Assembly (NCBI GenBank): GCA_963845065.1
Contig: CAWJQQ010000009.1
Location: forward strand, 1-64,000
From: Nitrospirota bacterium
GTDB taxonomy: Bacteria > Nitrospirota > UBA9217
Direction of reading: 5' to 3'
Length of the DNA: 64,000 nt
Part shown: positions 49,971-59,246 of the stretch, piece by piece
Layout: the number at the start of each line of letters is the position of its first letter
Numbering within the stretch: position 1 is the first letter of the stretch
The notes under the pieces: model-generated
The model's input: only the letters and a program-made list of their open reading frames with translations
Told to the model about the DNA's origin: nothing
Database searches by the model: none
Translations under genes and position numbers: made by a program

Positions 49971-50300
49971 ATGAAGACAATACCTTATGAAAAACTCCGC
50001 GCGGAAATGAGCCCGAAGGCGCGTGCAGCCGCAGATAAAAAGGCGCGCGTGATGTTGGCAGAGCTACGTTTGCAGGAGTTACGCAATGCTCGCAAGGTGA
50101 GCCAGGTACAGCTTGCCTCAAAACTGAACATTGAGCAGTCTGGCGTTTCGAAGCTCGAAAAGCAAACTGATATGTATGTTTCTACGCTGCGACGCGTTAT
50201 TAAAGCACTAGGAGGTGATCTGAAAATAACGGCCGTTTTCCCTGACGGTGAAGTTGGTATAAATCAGTTTAAGGATGCCGGCAAGCTCCAAAGGGTGTAG
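49971..50300 (+). CDS. XRE-family HTH antitoxin
   Basis: SQVQLA..L.IEQSGVSKLEKQTDMYVSTL. Confidence 0.88.
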   Translation: MKTIPYEKLRAEMSPKARAAADKKARVMLAELRLQELRNARKVSQVQLASKLNIEQSGVSKLEKQTDMYVSTLRRVIKALGGDLKITAVFPDGEVGINQFKDAGKLQRV

Positions 50301-50359
50301 CCTTAATGAATGTGGGCGTTCCCGCGCTGGTTTTCCTAATTTTGGATGTCATAAAATAA

Positions 50360-50453
50360 CTGTCCAAATTGGACCGAAATTGCTGTCCAATTACTCCGAA
50401 AGAGCTGTCCAGCTTAGGCCGAAACAGGCTTCCATTTTACTCCGAAATCTACC
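50360..50453. repeat. Four 22-24-bp tandem units resembling an IS21-family terminal array
   Basis: CTGTCCAAATTGGACCGAAA / CTGTCCAATTACTCCGAAA / CTGTCCAGCTTAGGCCGAAA / CTTCCATTTTACTCCGAAA. Confidence 0.6.
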
Positions 50454-50593
50454 GCAAACGGATATAAACATAATGGCTATTTAGTTAAGGCGTGAAAGAG
50501 CACTAAAAATTGCTTCCGAAATGTTAGGGATAGGTCGGTTCAGCTTTATGAAGTGAAAAAATGACAAGTCAATTTATCGCATTATAATAAGTT

Positions 50594-50832
50594 ATGAGCC
50601 CGACAATCTTAAGGGAGAAGGGTTACCGATTTTTTTCTTTTCTCGCGAAGAATCTCGGATGCATATCCACGTCGTTTGTGCTGATGGAGAGGCAAAATTT
50701 TGGCTGTCACCGGAAATAGAATTGGCAAAGAATCTTAACCTGTCACGACAGCAGTTAAAAGAAGTTGAAGGTATTATCGAGGTGCATTATGATAAATTCA
50801 AAATCGCTTGGGAAGAGCATCGCTTCAATTGA
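50594..50832 (+). pseudogene. DUF4160-family protein (putative toxin) with a 1-bp frameshift in a T7 run
   Basis: MSPTILREKGYRFF joins FFSREESRMHIHV...EAKFWL if the T run at 50630-50636 were T8. Confidence 0.75.
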
Positions 50833-51052
50833 GGTTACCCATATTTCTGGTACGGGCGTATGGCTATTGACCAGAGACAGGGAACTATTCATGTCCTACG
50901 AAAATTTCCCCTGGTTCAAAGATGCGCCCGTTGGCAAGATATTGAACGTGGAAGAACCGCGCCCAGGTCATTTCTATTGGCCTGATCTGGATATAGATCT
51001 AACCACTGAGATCATTGAACATCCCGAGCAGTTTCCAATAAAAATGAAATAA
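50789..51052 (+). CDS. DUF2442-family protein (putative antitoxin partner)
   Basis: FPWFKDA, FYWPDLDIDL; overlaps the DUF4160 gene. Confidence 0.8.
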   Translation: MINSKSLGKSIASIEVTHISGTGVWLLTRDRELFMSYENFPWFKDAPVGKILNVEEPRPGHFYWPDLDIDLTTEIIEHPEQFPIKMK

Positions 51053-51096
51053 AAAATCCTCGATGGATATAACAACCTTAAAATCCGGATAGCCAA

Positions 51097-51372
51097 AAAA
51101 CTTTCCTGTATGAGGCTCGAGTAAACTACAAGACCGCCGCGAATACGAATCAGTGGCGCGAGACTTGCCGCACGCTCTATAACACAGCGTTCGATCAGCG
51201 CATCAGCATCTATCGTCAGGACCGGAAAACCATTAGCGTCTACGATCAGGCCAACCAACTCCCGGAACTAAAATCAGCATACACGAAATTCAAGGCTGTC
51301 GGATCTCAGGTACTGCAGGATGTTCTCGAACGCCTGGACAAAACCTACAAATCGTTCTTTCGACGTGTGAAA
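51097..51372 (+). pseudogene. tnpB: TnpB N-terminal fragment
   Basis: KTFLYEAR...CRTLYNTA...QLPELK...SQVLQDVLERLDKTYKSFFRRVK; homology ends at the higA stop codon. Confidence 0.8.
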
Positions 51373-51684
51373 TTACGCAATTTTCTGCATTAAGACGCGC
51401 ACTTCTTTCGCAAGACGCACGTCCAATTTGTCTTTTTCCACTTCAAGATCATAGCGTGATTGAAGGTTGAGCCAGAATCGTTCAGAAAGGCCGAAATATC
51501 GGGAGAGTCTCAGTGCTGTATCGGCGGAAACAGAGCGCTTCCCTTGGACAATTTCATTGATTCGGCGGGGTGGCACGCTTATATCCTTGGCCAGTCTGTA
51601 CTGGCTGATCCCCATAGGTTCTAAAAATTCTTCAAGTAGTATTTCGCCTGGGTGAATGGGAGGCATTTTTTTTATTGTTTTCAT
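51373..51684 (-). CDS. higA: HigA antitoxin
   Basis: PIHPGEIL.EEFL, RINEI, ALRL, FWLNLQ. Confidence 0.93.
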   Translation of the reverse strand: MKTIKKMPPIHPGEILLEEFLEPMGISQYRLAKDISVPPRRINEIVQGKRSVSADTALRLSRYFGLSERFWLNLQSRYDLEVEKDKLDVRLAKEVRVLMQKIA

Positions 51685-51692
51685 AATAACTC

Positions 51693-51974
51693 CTAATGGT
51701 AGTCAGTTATTTCAACGTCGTAGGCATCTCCTTGAAGCCATCGAAAGCAAATTCTCCATTTATCGTTTATGCGTATGCTATATTGTGCTTGGCGGTTTCC
51801 GGAAAGCTTTTCCAGCCGATTACCGGGTGGTATCTTTAAATCTTCAAGACGATCAGCAGCATCCAGGTACAACAGTTTTTTCAAGGCGGCGCGGCGTATT
51901 TCTGCAGGGAATTTCGATGAAAACTGTCTGCTGAATAGCTTTTCAGTGTCTTTGCCGCGAAAGCTTTTTATCAT
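51693..51974 (-). CDS. higB: HigB toxin
   Basis: [33 protein letters not shown]. Confidence 0.93.
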   Translation of the reverse strand: MIKSFRGKDTEKLFSRQFSSKFPAEIRRAALKKLLYLDAADRLEDLKIPPGNRLEKLSGNRQAQYSIRINDKWRICFRWLQGDAYDVEITDYH

Positions 51975-52133
51975 GGCTTATAGTAACGCAATGCGTTAAT
52001 AATGTCAAACGTTATTATCGTAAATCACTCTGAATGCGATGGAGAATTGTTATAAAAGGCTGAAGAATTCGAGCGGTAACCTAATAGGTTTAAAAAAAAG
52101 GAACATCAGCTTCGTCAGCAACGTGCTGATTTA

Positions 52134-52460
52134 TTGTTAGCTAATTTCCCGCTCGCCCGCTCTCAGGCCTTGTTCGTATGCCAACAATGCGGCTTTACTG
52201 GAAACGCAGACATCAACGCTGCTAACATTACTAAAAAGAGAGGGATCAAACTGTTAGTAGAGGGAGAAATTTTAGTAAAGCAGACAAGGCGTGCTATGCG
52301 GTTAAGAAAAAAGAAACACCCAAGACCGGAACAGCCCGAAGTAACGCGCGGGGAGATGGAATTAGACGAGTTGCGGGCCACTGTCTGCAGCGCGCATCCA
52401 TCATCGAATCGTGAAACCCCCACTACAATTGCGCAAGCGGTTTAGCGGTGGGAGAGTTCA
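52134..52460 (+). pseudogene. tnpB: TnpB C-terminal fragment plus IS605 right end
   Basis: RSQALFVCQQCGFTGNADINAANI; end CCCCCAC...GTGGGAGAGTTCA. Confidence 0.75.
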
Positions 52461-52571
52461 TTCCCGGGCAAATTAAGGATGCTCATAGTTTTCAAGTATT
52501 GGACAAGGATTGAGAGAGGTCTGCGGGGATTCCCGTAGACCTGAAACCGACAGCGTATTCCCACCTAATAA

Positions 52572-52886
52572 TTAAGCGATCTTAATTATTAGTTTTTTAC
52601 CGCAAGCTTTGGCGTACCTTCGTAATGTTTCTAACGACGGCGAATGCTTATGATTTCCAAGCGACGTTTCAATACGTGCCAGCGATGACGACTTCATCCC
52701 CATGCGCCGCGCGACCTCTGCTTGGCTAAGCCCCGCTTTACGACGCGCCGTTAAAAGTGCGTTAAGTGCGCCAAATTCATCTTCAAGTGCATCATAGGCG
52801 GCTTTCAGTTTTGGATCAGAAGCAAGCAGCCTAGCCGTGTTTTCTTTAGTGTGCTTCACTGGTTTATATTTGTCACGTTTATCCAT
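52572..52886 (-). CDS. XRE-family HTH antitoxin
   Basis: ARRKAGLSQAEVARRMG..SLARIE..PSLETL. Confidence 0.88.
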   Translation of the reverse strand: MDKRDKYKPVKHTKENTARLLASDPKLKAAYDALEDEFGALNALLTARRKAGLSQAEVARRMGMKSSSLARIETSLGNHKHSPSLETLRRYAKACGKKLIIKIA

Positions 52887-53205
52887 TTTTAACCACCTGC
52901 AAACGCTGTCGCGCGATATTTATTTCCTTTTGCGGTGTCTTTTGCGTCTTCTTCACAATTGAATGAAGTATATCAATAGTGTTTCCTGCTAATGTATAGT
53001 AAAATACACGGCCAATGCCTTCCTGTGCTTTAGGTCTCAGCTCAAACAATCCGTCTCCCATTGATTCTGAATGGGGAGCCCTTAAGTCAATACCATGCTT
53101 CTCCATTAACTCCACATAGCGCAATTACCGGGCAAGAATACCACGTGGCAAAGAATAAACGTATTGTCTAACGTGCTCGCTGTAGTATGCAATCGTCCAA
53201 TTCAT
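52879..53205 (-). pseudogene. RelE/Gp49-like toxin with an in-frame TAA
   Basis: MNWTIAYY...ILAR*LRYVE...GDGLFELR...RVFY...KKTQKTP; stop at 53125-53127. Confidence 0.8.
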
Positions 53206-53211
53206 GGGTAA

Positions 53212-53231
53212 TATTAACATATATGTTAATA
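53212..53231. promoter_or_regulatory. Perfect 20-bp palindrome (probable TA operator) overlapping a TTGACA-N17-TAATAT promoter
   Basis: TATTAACATATATGTTAATA. Confidence 0.65.
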
Positions 53232-53252
53232 CTTGTCAAGGATGATTTGATT

Positions 53253-53295
53253 GCTCTGACCTACCCCTGTCTTTAGACATGGGGTAGGTCAGAGC
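53253..53295. repeat. Near-perfect palindrome resembling IS200/IS605 ends (REP/MITE-like)
   Basis: GCTCTGACCTACCCCTGTC-TTTA-GACATGGGGTAGGTCAGAGC; shares CTTTAGACATGGGG with the tnpB right end. Confidence 0.65.
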
Positions 53296-53844
53296 TATGC
53301 TGGAATCGGGGTAACTATCGGAAATATAGTCGGGGTAACGATAGGCCTGCTTATTAGAAAAAAAATTGGTTTGAAATCTCTCGTATCAACCGAAAAGATA
53401 ACGAATTTGGTTGGAACGGTTATAAGTTTCGCAATGGCGATAGCGGGTATTATAGCGTTTATAGAGACGCAAAAAATGGGTAGATGCTGTGGGTGTGATA
53501 TTTTTTAGTGTCTGCGGAGTGTATCTTTTCAAAAGAAAGATTAGGTGATAACTTTCAGGACTTGGAATAAGGGAGTCGTCACCCGATCTTCTTCATCTTC
53601 TCATGTCCTAAGAATGCATCGATAATCTGCTCATTCTGATTTATATATTTGGTTGGCTTCCCTTTCTTGGTAACATTAACAAACAGCTGGCCACATTCCA
53701 TGATAATCTGGAGTTTAGGTATTGACTGTACCAAGTGACGCAAGTTATACTGCAGCATACAAAAAGGTCCGCATTGGATTCCAAAAACTTTCGTGATATG
53801 AATGACGGTATTGAATTTGTGGCCCTAAAGAGTAGGAGTCTCAA

Positions 53845-54045
53845 ATGAAAATAGATATAGAAAAAGAGGAAGACGGACGTTGGATCGCAGAAGTTGTCGA
53901 TCTTAACGGAGTTTTAGCTTACGGAAAGACGCGAGAAGATGCTATTGCTAAAGTTGAAGCACTCGCATTACGTGTGATTGCGGACCGACTTGACCATGGG
54001 GAAGCGATTCCTGATCTCGAAGAACTTTTCGCAATCTCTGTATGA
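53845..54045 (+). CDS. hicB: HicB-family antitoxin
   Basis: EEDGRWIAEV..L.GVLAYGKTREDA. Confidence 0.85.
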   Translation: MKIDIEKEEDGRWIAEVVDLNGVLAYGKTREDAIAKVEALALRVIADRLDHGEAIPDLEELFAISV

Positions 54046-54257
54046 GCAAATGGCCTTCTACCAAAGCTCGCATTGTATTTGCCGCACTCCTTCGTATAGG
54101 TTGGTCTCTTAAGAGAGAGGCTGCAGGTTCCCACCGAATTCTTTCACGGGATGGGTGGTCTGATTATGTTTTTGCTTTTCATGACAGCGCCGAGATAGGT
54201 CCTCATATGCTTACACGAATTGCAAAGAAGACAGGACTTGAACCGAAAGATCTTTAA
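54042..54257 (+). CDS. hicA: HicA-family toxin
   Basis: LLRIGW..GSHR..FAFH..EIGP.ML.RI. Confidence 0.85.
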   Translation: MSKWPSTKARIVFAALLRIGWSLKREAAGSHRILSRDGWSDYVFAFHDSAEIGPHMLTRIAKKTGLEPKDL

Positions 54258-54295
54258 GAAAGGCTGGTTTTTATCCACTGATAATATGATAAGTT

Positions 54296-54973
54296 ATGAG
54301 AATACTTAACCTACCCGGACTCGAACCAGTCCACATTAAACAAACCAGCCATCACTACCAGATTACGGCCAAAACAACCAACCCCCTGTATACTGCCCTA
54401 ACTGCAGCAGGTCAGAGCTAGTAAGCTTTGGCGCTAGAAACAAGTTATATTTCGATACTCCTATCCATGGCAAGCAAACCGGGATTATGGTGAAGTGTAA
54501 TCGCTATTCCTGTAAGTCCTGCTTGAAGACATTCACGGAACCGCTGCCAATGATGGACGACAAGCGCTCTGCAACAAGACGGCTTGTTGACTATATCGAA
54601 AAGAATTCACTCAAGAAGACCTACGTAAGTATCTCTGGTGAGGTTGGTTTCTACGAAAAGACGGTTCGTAACATTTTCAATGAGTATGTCAAAAAAACTG
54701 GATGTTGAGTATAAGGTTGCCACACCGCGCTGGCTTGGGATCGATGAGATACATATCATAAAACGGCCTCGGTGCGTTATCAGCAACATTGAGGAACGAA
54801 CAGTCGTAAACATGCTCCCAAACAGAAACAATACCGCGGTTAAGCAATACTTGTACGGGATTCCAAATCAAGATAATATCGAATATGTGTGTATGGATAT
54901 GTGGAACCCGTATAAAGACGCCGTTAAAGACGTACTCCCTGGCCGTCAGATCATTATAGATAAGTTTCACGTC
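54296..54973 (+). pseudogene. ISL3-family transposase remnant (frameshifted, truncated)
   Basis: CPNC..CKSC zinc finger, LGIDE, MDMW.PY, IDKFHV spread across frames. Confidence 0.85.
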
Positions 54974-55236
54974 GGCATGGTCAGCGCGCTGTCCTACACC
55001 ATTGTCTCGGGAGTTGCGGGGAAAACACATCCTTTTCCTGGAGGCCGGCCGGGGCATATCTCTCCGGGAAAAAAAAGACCCGAAAGCAGGGCGCGGTAGA
55101 CGGCAGGCAATCCAAGCAGAAATAACGCTCCCACCCCGGGAGTGACGCATCAAGGTTACGGCGCCCCTCATCTCCTCGCAATCCCGGAAGGCGCGGCCCT
55201 GTATTGGGGTAATTAAAGGTCCCGATTCCCCTGCCG

Positions 55237-55485
55237 TCATTCCAGTCCGCAGGACGGCGTCTCACAGGGAGTGCCGCTTCCGCAGCATGTCTGGGCCTTC
55301 CCGCAATGGGTCTTGACTGATGTTCCGGCATCGGCTCCCTTTATCATAAAGCCGCTTCCTCCCGAAAATATTCTCCGCATGCTACCCCTGCACTCCGGAC
55401 AGGTATCGACAGGAGCATCATGCATTGACTGACTGATTTCGAACCGCTTGCCGCAGGCATCGCAAAAATATTCATAAATCAGCAT
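55237..55485 (-). CDS. FmdB-family zinc-ribbon protein
   Basis: IYEYFCDACG..FE...CPEC..RIFS; Cys-rich tail. Confidence 0.85.
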   Translation of the reverse strand: MLIYEYFCDACGKRFEISQSMHDAPVDTCPECRGSMRRIFSGGSGFMIKGADAGTSVKTHCGKAQTCCGSGTPCETPSCGLE

Positions 55486-56785
55486 CACATCCTCCTTTAA
55501 CGTCTCCACGCTGTTTGCGAACCGAATCTAAAGTTTCAAGAACCTTGGAAATCATATTTTCAACCGCCCCCGCTGTTTTCGTCCTGGCATAATGTTGGAC
55601 GAAAGGTGTCCCCTCGTCGCAGGCCGCACTAACCGCAGGATCGATCGGAATCTTCCCGAGGAAGGGAACGCCGAACTCCTGGGCCATGCGTTCTCCGCCC
55701 CCCGTATTAAAAATGTCCGTTACCTCGCCGCATTTCGGGCAGGCAAAGCCGCTCATGTTCTCCACGATGCCGAGCACGGGAAGTTTGAGCGCGCGGCAGA
55801 AATTGACTGACTTTCTGACGTCGGCCGCAGCCACTTCCTGGGGGGTGGTCACCACGACCGCCCCATCGGCTTCTTCGATCAATTGGCAGAGTGAAAGTGG
55901 TTCGTCCCCGGTCCCGGGCGGCGAGTCGATCACCAGGTAATCAAGATCGCCCCAGTCGACGTCTTGCAAAAACTGTCGAAGCATGCCAGTTTTCATCGGT
56001 CCGCGCACGATTAGGGCTTGATCGCGGTGTTGCAGCAGAAACTCGACGGACATGACCTTGAGCCCGTTGCTCTGAACCGGGATAATGCTCCGGCCGTCCG
56101 TCTTGACTGCTATATTCCCGGTCCGTAACATGGTAGGCATGCTCGGGCCGTGAATATCCGCATCAAGTATGCCAACTCGTTTCCCCGCTTTGGACAACGC
56201 AACGGCCAGGTTCAGCGCCACTGTGCTCTTGCCCACACCGCCCTTCCCGGATAACACGATTATTTTATGCGCTATCCTGCAAAGGCGGCTTTTAAGGGCC
56301 TGTCGCTCCTCATATTCTTTAGGCCGTTCTCCTTGCCGGACATTCTTCGCGCTGCAAGAATTATCCTTGCATGAGCCGCATTGGCCTGCTTCCGCGGCAG
56401 ACTGTGTCGAGCGTTCGTATTTCTCCCGGTAATCATCGATGGCGGCCTTGAGCGTATTTGCCGCAAGAAGACCGCAGTGGTCGGACTCCTTTGGAAGATT
56501 TCCCGATGCTTTTAGGACATACTCCTGTGTTACCGTTCCCGCCTCCTCCAGCGTTTTCCAGTGAGCGAGGCGGGCTGCCGCACTCCCGCAGGCAATGGAA
56601 TTCTCGCATCCATCGGATGTAAATGATGCCTCAACTATTCTGCCTTCACGTACCAGAATCCAGAACTCCATGGTTTCACCGCATGGTCCGGTAATGCGGG
56701 CATTGGCGTTTGCTTGTTTCAGAGGGCCGAAATTGGCGGGCAATACCCGCGTCATCATAGAATCTTCCTGCATACTTTCTCCCAT
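55472..56785 (-). CDS. NifU/IscU-N-like domain fused to an Mrp/NBP35 Fe-S carrier ATPase
   Basis: TGPCGE, DGC, HC scaffold Cys residues; SGKGGVGKS, DADIHGP, DSPPGTGD, ENMS..CPKC. Confidence 0.88.
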   Translation of the reverse strand: MGESMQEDSMMTRVLPANFGPLKQANANARITGPCGETMEFWILVREGRIVEASFTSDGCENSIACGSAAARLAHWKTLEEAGTVTQEYVLKASGNLPKESDHCGLLAANTLKAAIDDYREKYERSTQSAAEAGQCGSCKDNSCSAKNVRQGERPKEYEERQALKSRLCRIAHKIIVLSGKGGVGKSTVALNLAVALSKAGKRVGILDADIHGPSMPTMLRTGNIAVKTDGRSIIPVQSNGLKVMSVEFLLQHRDQALIVRGPMKTGMLRQFLQDVDWGDLDYLVIDSPPGTGDEPLSLCQLIEEADGAVVVTTPQEVAAADVRKSVNFCRALKLPVLGIVENMSGFACPKCGEVTDIFNTGGGERMAQEFGVPFLGKIPIDPAVSAACDEGTPFVQHYARTKTAGAVENMISKVLETLDSVRKQRGDVKGGCDADL

Positions 56786-57639
56786 ACCTCCTTTATTTTA
56801 TTTGCCGCGGCACCGTTTCCGAATTCGACAACGCTTTTTTTGTTCATCTGGGCTGCGGTGACCGCACGGTCGTAAGGGATCCTTTCGGCTAGTTCTGCCC
56901 CCGCTGCAGCGGCTGCTTTCTCTACCCTGTCGGTCATTTCTGGATTTATGTCCCACTTATTGACACAAACGAGCGCTGGAATACTGAAGTGACGCGCCAG
57001 GGACAGTACCCGTTTCAGGTCGTGTTCCCCGGATATGGTGGGTTCGGTGACAGCCAGCACAAGTGATGCGCCGGTAATCGAGGCAATGACCGGGCAGCCG
57101 ATGCCGGGCGGTCCGTCCGTGATGATTAGGGGTCTGTTGCTCTCCTTTGCTATGCGCTTGGCTTCCCGGCGCACCGTGGAGACCAGTTTCCCGGAATTTT
57201 CTGCCACAGAGCCCAAGCGGGCATGGACCATGAGGCCGCATCGGGTCTCCGATATCATCCACTCCCCGCACAGACGCTCAGGGAAATAAATGGCGTGCTC
57301 AGGACAGAACCGGACGCACACACCGCACCCTTCGCAGGAAACCGGATCAATGACGAACTGCGTCCTTTGTCCGGGCTTTCCGCTGACCCGCACCGCCTTG
57401 AACCTGCAATGCGAGAGACACTCGCCACAGCCGCTGCAGTCATCCTGCCGGATGACCGCTTCATGGCCGGCGCGGAATTCATGATGTGCCATAATCTGCG
57501 GCGAAAGCACGAGGTGCAGGTCCGCGGCGTCCACGTCGCAATCAGCGATGACCGGGCGATCTGCCAAAACGGCAAACGACGCCGTTATGCTAGTCTTGCC
57601 CGTTCCGCCCTTGCCGCTGATGACGACCAATTCCTTCAT
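56755..57639 (-). CDS. MinD-like P-loop ATPase with an inserted 2x[4Fe-4S] domain
   Basis: SGKGGTGKT, DCDVD, two CxxCxxCxxxC motifs, DGPPGIGC. Confidence 0.9.
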   Translation of the reverse strand: MKELVVISGKGGTGKTSITASFAVLADRPVIADCDVDAADLHLVLSPQIMAHHEFRAGHEAVIRQDDCSGCGECLSHCRFKAVRVSGKPGQRTQFVIDPVSCEGCGVCVRFCPEHAIYFPERLCGEWMISETRCGLMVHARLGSVAENSGKLVSTVRREAKRIAKESNRPLIITDGPPGIGCPVIASITGASLVLAVTEPTISGEHDLKRVLSLARHFSIPALVCVNKWDINPEMTDRVEKAAAAAGAELAERIPYDRAVTAAQMNKKSVVEFGNGAAANKIKEVWEKVCRKIL

Positions 57640-58502
57640 TCTGAGCCTCCCTTTTGACTCTTTTCAAGAGATGTAGCGCCCGTCACCATCTTCAGCAGGC
57701 TCTTGAAAAGCCCTCGGTATTCCGGCAATGCGTCAACGATCAACTCGCCGCGGGAATAAGCTTCAGCGATCCGCCGGTCATCAGGGATTTCCAAAAGAAT
57801 GGGGATACCTTCTTTTCTGCAGTACGCATGCACCCGGTTGTCGCCGACCCCCATGCGATTGACGACCACGCCGAACGGAATCCCGAGTTCGCGCACCATG
57901 TCCACTGCCAGCGTCAGGTCGTGGAGGCCGAACGGCGTCGGCTCCGTAACGAGCGCCACGAAGTCCGCTCCCCGGATCGTTACGATGACCGGGCATGACG
58001 TACCCGGAGGCGCGTCCAGAATTGCGGGCAGGCCGTTTTGCAGACGGGCCTTGACTTCACGAATGAGAGGCGGGGCCATTGCCACACCGACGTCAAGACA
58101 GCCCTGGACTAGGGTGATGTTATCTGATTGGCCTGTTTTTACCGCTCCTATGCGATGGTCCGTTTCGCGTATCGCCTTCCTGGGGCATACCTTCGCGCAT
58201 CCGCCGCAGCCATGGCACATCTCGGCGAAGACGAGCGGCTTTGTCCCGAACGAGACAATGGCATGATACTCACAAAACCGCCCGCATTCACCGCAGCCGT
58301 CGCAAAGCAATTCGTCTACCTGCGGCACGGAGATGCTGACGATTTCTTCTCTGATCTGCGTGCTTTTCAAAAAAAGGTGCGCATTCGGCTCTTCCACGTC
58401 GCAGTCCAGAAGCTGAACAGGAGCGTCCAAAACCCGGGCCAGATTCACCGAAACCGTCGTCTTGCCGGTGCCACCCTTGCCTGAAGCTATTGCGATAATC
58501 AT
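57636..58502 (-). CDS. MinD-like P-loop ATPase with an inserted 2x[4Fe-4S] domain
   Basis: SGKGGTGKT, DCDVEEPN, two ferredoxin motifs, DAPPGTSC. Confidence 0.9.
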   Translation of the reverse strand: MIIAIASGKGGTGKTTVSVNLARVLDAPVQLLDCDVEEPNAHLFLKSTQIREEIVSISVPQVDELLCDGCGECGRFCEYHAIVSFGTKPLVFAEMCHGCGGCAKVCPRKAIRETDHRIGAVKTGQSDNITLVQGCLDVGVAMAPPLIREVKARLQNGLPAILDAPPGTSCPVIVTIRGADFVALVTEPTPFGLHDLTLAVDMVRELGIPFGVVVNRMGVGDNRVHAYCRKEGIPILLEIPDDRRIAEAYSRGELIVDALPEYRGLFKSLLKMVTGATSLEKSQKGGSE

Positions 58503-58669
58503 GATGCGGCTCCGCCTTTATAACCTTCGCGGCCGCGCCGGCGGGCAGTCTCCTCCGCACGTCCCTTGCAGCCTTTCGCATAGACCGGCAGGATTGGGGT
58601 CTCCTTTGTGGCAGCGTGTTTGCCATGAATCACGCCGATCGTCCTCAAGGTGATGGCAGATTTGCTCAT
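58499..58669 (-). pseudogene. Internally deleted TsaA/TrmO-like methyltransferase remnant (56 aa)
   Basis: MSKSAITLRTIGVIH...ETPILPVYAKGCKGRAE joined directly to ETARRRGREGY. Confidence 0.55.
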
Positions 58670-58746
58670 GCCCAATGACCCTCCACATCAGCAGATTCGG
58701 CTCTATGGTCTTACCGGATAAGCCTGCTGATTATTTTATTTTGCTT

Positions 58747-59121
58747 TTAAAATCGTTCCTCTATTAGAGTCAAACGGGCCAGAAGCGCTTCAGCTTCCAG
58801 GAGACCGGGTTGGGGAGGTAGTTGCATGAGGAGCCCCAGCCCTTCCGAGGAATCATGAAATTCTTTTTCCGGCAACCGGCCGACCATAACCACATTAATC
58901 AGCGCGTTCAGATGCATGATTTTGCGAACCAACGCGAAATCCATTGGTTCACCGGGATTTCCATCCAAAATCATCAAATCCGGAGCAGCGCATTTAATCA
59001 ACGCCAAAGCCTCTTCTCCGGATGCAACCCATTCGATGGCGATCCTGGTGTCGGCTTGCAGCGCCTGGGCCAGAACGGATAAAGATGCTGGATTTGACGA
59101 TACAAAAACAATTCGATACAT
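58747..59121 (-). CDS. Stand-alone receiver-like domain protein
   Basis: SGEEAL, PDLMILD; acidic pocket and conserved Lys are degenerate. Confidence 0.65.
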   Translation of the reverse strand: MYRIVFVSSNPASLSVLAQALQADTRIAIEWVASGEEALALIKCAAPDLMILDGNPGEPMDFALVRKIMHLNALINVVMVGRLPEKEFHDSSEGLGLLMQLPPQPGLLEAEALLARLTLIEERF

Positions 59122-59246
59122 ATCTTTTCCTTTTTAGCCCGGACCCCGGCCTGCCACGTGATAGCCTTTGTGAAAGCGGGCTAAAAACATGCGGGGTTCT
59201 GAGAGAGATTATGCGGAATACTTTAAAAAATCGGCTGGAGCCTGGG

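Noticed and set aside
50360..50453. Short tandem repeats as a CRISPR array
   Set aside because: Units abut without unique spacers and resemble transposon terminal arrays.
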